Source: Callorhinchus milii (taxonomy: Eukaryota). From it: a DNA stretch of 64,000 nucleotides. A program made the position numbers and the translations under genes. The notes under the pieces were generated by a model, which searched no databases, was not told the DNA's origin, and saw only the letters and a program-made list of their open reading frames with translations. How positions within the stretch are numbered: the stretch's first letter is position 1; each line of letters opens with the position of its first letter. The stretch covers positions 17,982,001-18,046,000 of the forward strand of contig NW_024704742.1 in NCBI RefSeq assembly GCF_018977255.1, read 5' to 3'. Positions 53,700 to 64,000 of this stretch are shown piece by piece.

Positions 53700-56600
53700 G
53701 CACCCCCACTGACTCTTCCAAGCAACATTGCAGAGGTTATTCTTCCACCTTCCCTGCTCAATGCTCAGAAATGAAGCCCTTTGCAGTTTATCCAGTATTC
53801 CTCAGGCTGGCTGAAAACTAGTGTGCTCATTGAACTAGTGATCTATGAGTACAGCTCCAACATTAATGAAATCTGGGATGGTAACTCTATTTGGCAGGAT
53901 GATACACTCTACTGCTAGAAAGTAGTTCTTACAGTAAAGGTAGCAAGCAACACAAACATTGACACTGATGAAAATCATGCCAAGAGGTGGCATATTAAGA
54001 ATGTGGACTTGTAAACTGAATTTCAGAGCTATTTTTCACTAGGCTTTAGCAACCTCACCATCATGCACTTGCAATGCAATTTTCTTATTGTTAAGCGCTC
54101 AGCGCAATGGATTATTGTTCTTGATTCAGGCAAAGAGGAAGCAACTGCAAATGTCCAGTTTGCCAGTTATGATCCATTTCTAACAAACAGATTGATAAAA
54201 GATGACAACACTACCAGTTATGGAATTCTTCCTCATCCTGTCCACCACTTGCATGTGGCACAGTCTGCTCTCCCCACCATCCATGTATTTCCAACACCAG
54301 CTCCTGCCTTGGCTTCCATTTTATTCTGTTCCTCCACCCAAATGAAACTTACCATCCTCATTACTATTATACCAGCCTATTATAATAATCCTATAATAAC
54401 ATCCCTAAGACTGCAAAAGCAAAAGAGCTCATCTCAAGAACTGGTGCTAATAAGCACATTAAATTAGGCCAAGCTAAAAATGTAGACGTCTTAACTGGAA
54501 TACTGCATCTTAGTATTGATCATTTGGTGTCCCATTAATTAAACTGCCTGAACTGGATAATATAATTACTTTGCTTTCTGTTTTTGTCTGCAGAATATAT
54601 GGAGTATTGTTAACACTGATTTCAGGGCTGACTTACCATATTTCACTGTTTTCAATGCTGACGGCTACAACATTTGCACCAGGCAGAATACTTCCCTGAA
54701 TAGCAACTCGTGTTAATTATCCAGTTGGTGATATAATTCATCTATTCATGAAAAATCCCGTAAGAATACTAATATAAAGCATTCAGAATCGCTTCTATTC
54801 TAATTACCAGCTCTGATGAATTTATGATTATATTCTGGGTCTAATGAAAAAAGACTTAATTTCTTAAGTAAATAAATAATTGAGAGCAAATATTATGAAT
54901 GCACTAAGTAAACTACCAATGTGATAGGTGGGGGTCCTAGTCTTTGCCCTCAGCTCCATTCTTGTAAACATGTTTCATGAAACTGTTTAAACCCCGGGAC
55001 AGCTGTGCAAAGCTTTAGATGCCATCACTGCCATTTGACCAGAAGGTGCTGATTGTACTTATGTAAATGGTTTGGAAAATGCACCCTACTCATACAGTAA
55101 GGACATAAAATGGAACAATACAGAAACCAACTGTGATTTGGATTGCATGAGATCTAACACAGATATTGTCCTGTTAACATTCCTGCATTTAAATTGAAGG
55201 CTTTAAATCTTAATCAAAACATCTGAAGGAGTGAGTGAAGCAAAATGTGATTGGACTTGATGAGCCCAAAGAAATTGTTCGCCTGTTCATGGTTTGCAGC
55301 ATTGTGCTTTCAGGGCATGAAAGCTATTTAATTCCAGACATGTTGAGGATGGTCTGATTTGACAACAGAAATCACACTCAGTCATACTCAATTTTATAGT
55401 CAAGTTGTTTTAATTAAAGTCCTGAAAGTCTTAATGGATAATGGCTAAGCCAAGTAATTTTCTGGTTTCAAAAGGCTTTCCAGGTACACTTTCAAGTCCA
55501 ATTATAGATGGTGAGCCACTTGTCTCCCAGGTTTGTATAAATTAAGGCATAACATTTGTGTTCATGTTCTCTACTTCTATTCAGTGGGATTCACCCTTTC
55601 ATTTTACGATTTTTATATGAACTCTTTATTACCAGAAAAATTCTCTTCACAGACTAAGTTACCTTCCCAGGTGTGACCATGCCATTTTTGATTGATGACC
55701 ACAACAAAGTGGGTGTTAAGTAACCAAGGAGTTTGTTTTTAGGTGATTCAATTTTGTTTGAAGTTCCCAAATTTTCTGAGAGGGAAGCTCACTCCACAAC
55801 AGCCCATGCTGATACTTACTGCCAGAATCCGTGAGCTAGACTTGGGTAACTACACTGTCCGCAATGTGACACACTGCCCTAGGTACTGTTCAAAGTTGTG
55901 CCACTAATCAAGAGAGAAATGCTACATGATAAAACATCTGAAACAGGACTTGACTGAACCGACACAGACATGGCCTGGTTAAGACAGATGTCAAATGGAA
56001 TGCACAGAATACAGATCAACATTACTTGGGTGTGGGGGGAAGGAAGAGGGGAAGAGCATTTCTTTATTTTCCAGGATAAAGCCCACTTAAAGTAATGGAT
56101 AATACACACTAGTCCAGAAATACCTAAGGCCAAAATCTGCCACAATTTATAATAATCCTTGCAGTTGGTATAGTTCCTTATCAGGTTGTTGAGACGTCTC
56201 AAAGCACTTCACATCAAGGAAAAGAGCTCCTGTTGGTTAAATCAGGCTGCCCTCCAACACGTCTGTAATAATATCATTTTCATTTCTGGAACATCAGCAC
56301 TGTGTAATAATAACCTTTACTTCCTGGTTATTGATCCAATCTCATTAAACCTCAACTGCTGAGGATATGGATTCCAAATCCCATAAAGTTCAGTGAGCCT
56401 ACTGCTAAGATTTAATCGCACTTCATACCCTTACATTGCTTAAACATTCCAAGAGATGAACATCCAAATCCTGGTAGCCCATGGATATAGCGGTGTAGCA
56501 AAAGCTGCCAGGCTTGACACCATTGCTAACACTGCCATCATGCCACAGAATTATTCCACCACTTTGAAGGCTTGCTCATTATAATTCTGTAGCATGCACA

Positions 56601-57316
56601 GTATACGTCTAACTTTGCTCTATTGGGGAGAAATTCCACCTGGATCTATAGATTTACTCTCTTTAAGCAGGGATTTAGGGCATACAGAATTTGGAAAATT
56701 CTGAAATACACACTTAATTTTGAAGTTGTTATTCTCTAAGCTCTTTAAAAAATTACAGGAAACCTATTTCAAAGTTACAACCGAAAAAATTGCTAAATTC
56801 TGGATGCTCTAAAAAAAATTACTTTGAGTAATTGTAGGCTTAGGTGAATTTCTCCCCAACGTGAAAGTAACGTGTGACCATGTCTAACAGGCAAAGAACC
56901 TGCCAATATGCAGTCACTATGCAAGCAGCCCAGGGAACCATTTGTGTTTTTCTATTAACTTCATGTGAGATCAGACAAAAACTTGGTGATAATGCATTGC
57001 ATCAGGGCCACAGCTTCTGGGAATAAGCAGTCAGCAGTCAGCAGTCTGACACGGTCTGCTACACAGTGATACATGTAATGTTTTATGCAACACCTCTGGC
57101 ACTCAGAACACAAACTACCATTCTATAAAATGTCACACATTAGGTTTCAAGGCTTTCAGAAATACATTTCTGAATTGTATAACATGTCAGATTCCACAAT
57201 TTAACATAGGCTGACCCCATAATTACTACACCTACTGAAGTAGAATACTTTAACCAATTAGCTATCAAGAAGGAACCATAAACCTTCTGAAGAAACAAAG
57301 TTATCTATAGAATTCA

Positions 57317-57585
57317 ACAACAACAACAAAATTATATTTGTGAAGCGCCTTTCACTTCGGGAGAATGTTCCAAGGCCTGAACAGTCATGGATCAGGACCC
57401 GAGAGTGGGGGCAGGGTTGGGATTAGGCAGGGCAGAGGGGGTAGGGGGGCAGATGAAGGCACGGTCAAAAAGGAGGGTCTTGAGTCGTTCCTTGAAGGAG
57501 GCAAGAGAGGCAGCAAGGCGAAGGGTTTGTGGGATGGAGTTTCAAAGGGTGGAGGCAGAGAAGCTGAAAGCCCTGCCGCCGATTC
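57317..57585 (-). mobile_element. L2 3' fragment
   Basis: (aac)n followed by the L2 tail; similar to 41179-41440. Confidence 0.8.
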
Positions 57586-58775
57586 AGTACCACAAGCAAT
57601 GGCGGTATTTACTAGGATATAAATATATTAATATACACAGCGTATTTCTCTACTCCTTGCAGTGAAGTTAAACCTAATATCACCGCCATTTAAACCACTT
57701 GTATTTGAGTCCAATATGTGTGGATCTGATAGTAGTAGCCTGCCATTCATAGTTACTACAATTGACAATACTAGCAAAATAAAATAAAGAATAGAATGAA
57801 TCTACACCCACAATCTCTCACTATAACCATTATAAAGAACATACAGGGCAGTGTATCCAAATCCCAGTTCATGTTATCATCTGATAGCTTGGTGACTGTA
57901 ACCGTCTAGCAGAGCACTCAATGCACTGAAGCTTATCTGACAAGTACATTAAAATGCTCTGCTATTTTCCCCTGCAAGAAAAAGCCAGAACATGCTGCAA
58001 ACCTTTCTTTACAGTCAAGTGGTTAAACATTCAACTCCAGTACTGTTGTAGCCTACCATTGAAATATTGGAAGCAAGCAAATTTATAGATATCCTTAACG
58101 TATTCTTAGGCTGTTCAGTAAAAACAAGTCCCCTTCATACAACACAAGACTTAATTATAAATTTGTACATGTGGATTGAGTTACTATTGACTCAGTAGTA
58201 TTTTACCTGTTTCTTCAGGCATATCGGCAAATAATCAACATTCCACTCACAGATGTAATTCCATCAAATATGATTCAAATACAAAGTACTTGAGCGCTCC
58301 AGTGCCCAGTGAGTTGGTGAATGTCTGCTACAGCTGAGAAGTGAAACTCTGTGTTACTGGATCTTTCTCCTGATGGTTTAGGAATGGCAGTGAGGGATCA
58401 TATGACTACAGAAGCTCCCCGAGACAAACAGGCTGAGTTATTTCAGTTATGTTACTCAATAATATTAATAGAACTTCCCCTCCCTCTTCCACGTGCCAAG
58501 ATGAATCTGGACATCTTTAGGGCATCCCAAATGAAGGCTGCATGCTCAGCTCAAAGCAGATCTGCCTCTTAAAAGGTTAATGAGTGAGACAACGAGAGAG
58601 AGAAAAGTATCTTATCTCATCGCACAGGACTGCAAGACATTGAACCCGAATATAATTCTTCTCTGATTAGCTAGATGCTCACATCTTTGGTCAGGATTTT
58701 TTATGTGCAATTGCAGTTATTGCATATATAAGTCTAGTCACTAAATTACTGCAGCATATGACTGTGTGCACATTA

Positions 58776-59002
58776 TAGTTGTTAGTCGATTGGCAGATCG
58801 TTTTTCAGGGTAATAATTCCCCCTCCACAAAAAAAATGTGGTCATTCAATCCATGACTCTTTGTGTGACATAGCTGTGCATAACTGGTCGCCACATTTCG
58901 CCTACAATACAGTCAATCCACTTAATAATATATTGTGTGAAGCGCTTTGAGGCATCTCAACAACGTGATAAGGCGTTAAATCAAATGCAAGGATTATTAT
59001 TC
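58776..59002 (+). mobile_element. 5'-truncated SINE
   Basis: Body and tail as in other copies; more tail fragments at ~1760-1875, ~48950-49065, ~61718-61895 and ~61935-62035. Confidence 0.8.
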
Positions 59003-62000
59003 TTACCCAGTCACTAAAGTACTGCAGTGCATATAACCTACAGTACTGCAGCGTATGACTGTGTGCACATGCCAAAGTCATGCATGACCCAATCTACACT
59101 TACATAAGAATGTATAGGAATTTAGGAGCAAAGAAGGTATTCAGCTCATCGAGGCTCCTCCACCATAGATCATTCCAAAGCACTACTCACTTGGACCAAT
59201 GCCACTTTCTTGCCATCTCCCATAAGAGAGAAATTCCATCAATCTTCTTGAGAAATTCAGTAAATCTTGACCCAGGTGTAAATTCGGCAGCACCCCCCCC
59301 AAATCCTTTGATATTACTGTTACCCAAGTATTTAATATTTTGCTATCCTCTCCCATTCATTGTCTCATCCATAGCTTTCCAGGCAAATCCTTTTCAAATT
59401 CATATCACAGTATTATCCAAGAAGAAATTCAACTTTGGCCTCAGTATACACATTACTCTGATTTTAAAGTCATGTCCTCTTGTGCAGTGTGCAACAGTGA
59501 TGGGATGTGGTGTGTTATTGCAGGCACCATAATTGGAAATAATAATTCAGTATGTTTTTGCCTGACTCTTTTCATCATAGTGTTTTGCACACTTTGTTTA
59601 GTAATATAACACTCTGAAAAACATAACCAAAAACACAGGCAGGAAGATGGCTAACCATAGTTATAAAATTGGAGAAACAACTTCTAGTTTTAAAGATATC
59701 TGTAAACCTTTTGATGAAACAGTATGTAACTGTGTTTACGGTATCCAATAAATAATACATGATCCAGTTTGACCTAAAATTGAATATGGGGATGAATTCA
59801 AATCAATTCAATCTTTTACTCCATCTTATATGAAAAAAAGCCTTTAGGATTCAACAAATCAGATTAACGCTTGCAAAAATTGCTACTGGAGAGATCTGAG
59901 TTATCGCCAGCTGTGATGTTTCTCCTGACAAAGATAATAAAAGTGGGCTTCCAATCTTCCTCCTTGTCCAGGTCCAGGCGCAAGCAATAGGAAGCTATAT
60001 CCAGGCAAATGGGGGCTGCCAGAGGAGGTCAGTGCAGCACTCAAACTTGCCAGACTCAATTTGACTCCTGCACTTGTATTTATTACCATAGATAAGTGTG
60101 ACTTAATTATTAGGGGTCTTATCCCTAGTGCAGCAGCTGAAATAAATACCTTTTCACTTTCATATGGAGTCCTTGTGTCAGCAGAAGGCCATACACACCA
60201 AAAAAAAGTCTCACTCTACTCGCTCAAATCGACACACATCCATTCCTCGCCCCACAGCACCTCACAAAACTGGGCACAACAATAAGATATTAGTTACACC
60301 ATTAAATGTTTTCATTGCTGCGAGGTGTCAATTGGAGGAATGAGATAGTAGTGAATTTCTCACCAAACCACCCATGTAAAACCTACTAACCTAGTGTGAA
60401 AAACACATTCTCTTTTTTGTACAATGCCCTAAATGGATCTTCCTAACAGGTCCCAGAAAATACAGAAATACTGGTGCTCTATTTTCAGAGGGAAAAAAGC
60501 AAGAAAAAATTCCGGTAACAATTCCTATTCTTATTTTACAATTTTTGTCTTACTCGAGCGAGCCTAATCTGTACACGGAAATCCAATTTAATTAGCACTT
60601 CTAATTAATATTTATCTCTATTCTGTGTACAGGGAAAAGGGATAACCAGGAGCATTTACAGTGAGGTAACCTAGCAACCACACATTCATTCTCAAAGTTT
60701 ATAAATTACAATATATATGTAATATTAATATTCCTTCTTTCTACATTATAAATAGTTTTGAAGAACACTAGTGTATTTGTGGTTCTTTAAAGGTTTAGAA
60801 TTTGTAATAACTATCAGAATAAATCTTTTAATTTGCAGTGGAATATAATATTAAAACCCTATTGCTTGAACCCCTCCCTCCGTAGTATAACTTTAGGTGG
60901 ATGCCCAAAATGCAATATGTAGTAAAACTGCGCTCAATATCAGCTCTGCATGCAGTTTTAGCTGGTTAGACTCTGTGGGTCCCCAGGTCTTGGCTCTTGC
61001 TAACTTGTGCCTAATACTCTCCAGAATAAGGTAAGCATCACAAGAGCCTCCAGAAAGAGATTATGCACTCTGTTTAAGACAGAGAAATTTCCACGTGTGG
61101 AATTCTCAGGTGGTTTGGGTATTCTTAAGCATGGTGATGGGTTTCTGCAAGTGTCAGACATCTGGCTGACCAAATAAAAGTTAATGCACCCTCTAAATTG
61201 TGACAAATCCCAATGTGCTCCTTGTCATAGATGCTTAGTGACACTCATACAGTAGGACTTACCAACAATCACATAAAATTAAAACAGAAATGACTGCTGT
61301 TTGGAGTGTACCAAGAACACAGAAGTCACACTGAATAGTTTCCTAGATAAGAAGCAACTTACCTTGCTTCAGTCACCTACGAAATACATTGTACAGCGCT
61401 GCGGTCATTTAACTTTATGAACCCATGATACGTAGATCTCAAAATTAATGTTGAAATGAAGCTGTAATTATTTTTATACCTTTGTCAGTGTGATTGGTGT
61501 CAGCATGTTATTGATGGTTGGTGAGAAGCCTTACTCTCCTACTGCAACACAGAAAACATTTTAGAAGTCGGAGGAGCGACTGAATGTAAAAATTCATGAG
61601 AGGATTATATATGGATTAATGGTGAATGCAACTGAGGTTTAGCATCACAGGGGACATCATAAAGCTGATGGAGATGTAAGGTTCCGAGGAAAACATCTAT
61701 TTCCATCAGTGCCTATATAATAAATTGGTCACTTCAATCCACGGCTGTTTGTGGGACAGTGCTGTGCACAACTGGCTACCGTGTTTTGCTCACAAAATAT
61801 ACAGTCAATTCACTTTACAGTATATTCTGTGAAGCGCTTTGAGAAATCTTGAAGACATGATAAGGTGCTATAACAAATGCAAGGGTTATTATTATAGTGT
61901 TTGGTTCACGTATGATCACTTGCTTTTGTGGGCGTTTCGCCCACAAAATACAGTCAATCCACTTTACAATATATTCTGTGAAATGCTTTGAGACTTCTCA

Positions 62001-64000
62001 GTGATAAGGCTCTAAATCAAATGCAAGGATTATTGCTTCCATTGAGGTAGAGTTTCACACTTTAGTCGAAATTTAAAACAGAAATATATAGGTTTGATGA
62101 AAAGAGGACACCTCAGCCAATATAAGATACCCAACCAAAACAATTTGGTTATGAAAGGCCTGTAGAAAGGTTTCATCTCAGTTGTTAAGAAGTTACTTTG
62201 GCTTTTAATTTATTTTAAAATACCTTCTTGATAGCCCATTTTAAACTAATTCTTCTTTGCCTTCTTTAGAATATTTTGTGGCAATTGTATTTCCATGACT
62301 AAGAGGCTAGTTTTGTAACTGAGATACTGATGCAATCTGGTCTTTGTCATTTAGCAGTATCGCTCCCTGAAACAGCCACCCAGAAATAGGCAAGGATATT
62401 ATGAAAGTGGAGGAGCTGGTGTTTGAAATGGGGTGTGAGGCTCAAGGAAATGATGTGGAGGTGCTCTCTACATGGTCTAAACTGACTCATTAGATTTGAA
62501 TGTATAATGCTCGACTGAAGTTGATTGCTTGACCAACAACTTTGGCTGCTATTGATTCATATTTCTGCATCAGTCACAGATAAAATGACTTAATATAACC
62601 TAGAGGTCAGTTCTGAATGCCATGATCTCAGAGGGCTGGCCCACGCTCCAGAAGCAGTGCAGAGGAGAGCAACGAGGATGAGCCCAAGTGTTATGAGTTG
62701 ACAGCAAACATTAAACAAGCTTCATTCACAAAAACATGCCAACATTTCATAGGAATGTTTCATATTAAATGAATACAATTATCTTTCTTAACTTGCCAAA
62801 TTATAGCAGACAATTTTAGTTGCATCATTCATGTTCAGTGTGCAATTCCAACCACAAAGTCTCCATACCACAAAACTAAGTGAATAGATTGTACTAGTGA
62901 AGTAGATTGATGATTAAAAATTAGAAATGAACACAGCTAGAATCTAAAATACTAACTGTACCCATTACAGCTACGTTTGCAACCAAAGTATCTAACATGG
63001 AATGTAGACTGACAAATAGACAAACAGACATTTTATCTTTATCTATACTCATCTGGGAGGACTACTGTGGGAGGACTCCTTTTGAGAGAAGTCAGTGGGA
63101 GGACTCGGCACTTTAAAAATGTAATTTTGTTGTTGTTGCCATGGCTTAGCTTCAGCTGTGATCTTTATTTTGTTCCCGCTGCTTGGCTATGTATGTGCTC
63201 TGTAACATAGGATGCCACAGCGCTACGGTCAGCCGGTGCGGCCACCAGGTGTAACTGCAATGTGTTCGTACATATGTACATGCTCTATGATGCACGGTAC
63301 CACAGTGTTGTTTAGACTCGGTGGCCACCAGGTATAACTGCAGCGAAAAATGCAAAACTGAAAATAATTCATGAATGATAGGAGATACCCGAAAACAAAT
63401 ATGCCCATGTCATTCCCAGTGGAAGCCCTTTGCGATAAGGTATAAATCATGTCTCTAAGTCAATCGGCTATTGAGATCTTTCTTGAAGCGCAGACAGACA
63501 TTGTCCTCTTATTAGTATGTAGATAAAAAATAGATACTTCACGCAGAGAACAATGAGAATGTCTCTGAAGCGATGATTGAACCTGATAGTAAAGATGCAT
63601 TAAAGATGAAGCTAAATATATACATGAAAGGAAAGGGGAATGGAAGGATATGGAAGGGAGTAAGGAGTGGGTGAGACTTTTTTGGAGTATAAGCACCGGC
63701 ACAGACGAGTTGGGCTCCTGTTTCTGTGCTACACATGTTTTGTAAACCTTCACATTTTCGTACTTGACTCCAAGATACAGAATCATATAGTGTTTACTAC
63801 CAAAAGGTTGCAATTCAGTCCATCGTGCCTTGTTGGAGCCATCTTCTCTAATCCCATTACCCTGCTCTTTCGCCATACAGTTTAATGTTATTTTCGCTCA
63901 AGGTGTAATGCTTTCATATGCTAATTTAAGGATTTTCAAATTAGGAATTTATGCAGGAATTCAAATTACATTTTCACAGTCTAATATTTAAAGTGGAGAG

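Noticed and set aside
46720..64000. Coding first exon of ABLIM2
   Set aside because: No CpG island or convincing ATG plus phase-1 donor was found. The strong donor near 61363 has an in-frame stop just upstream.

Overview
Vertebrate intron-rich DNA. The CR1/L2 LINE and Deu-type/tRNA-Ala SINE landscape suggests a cartilaginous fish (inference). The window lies inside a minus-strand ABLIM2 (actin-binding LIM protein 2) gene. Four coding exons are readable with canonical GT-AG boundaries and compatible phases: 46576-46719, 20307-20490, 4129-4244 and 3428-3554, encoding LIM1, LIM2 and part of LIM3. The first exon and downstream exons were not found in the window. The main surprise is in the 16-kb intron between the 184-bp and 116-bp exons: a fully open, intronless 516-codon importin-alpha gene (KPNA4-like, 14059-15609) on the same strand as the host. 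It has diverged strongly from a normally very conserved parent. Changes concentrate in the major NLS-binding groove (two conserved Trp lost), while the IBB domain and minor site are kept, which suggests a functional, neofunctionalised nested retrogene. The rest is two ~3-kb decayed CR1 LINEs, many L2 fragments, many SINEs and a few inverted or direct repeats. Repeat boundaries are approximate and were read by eye.
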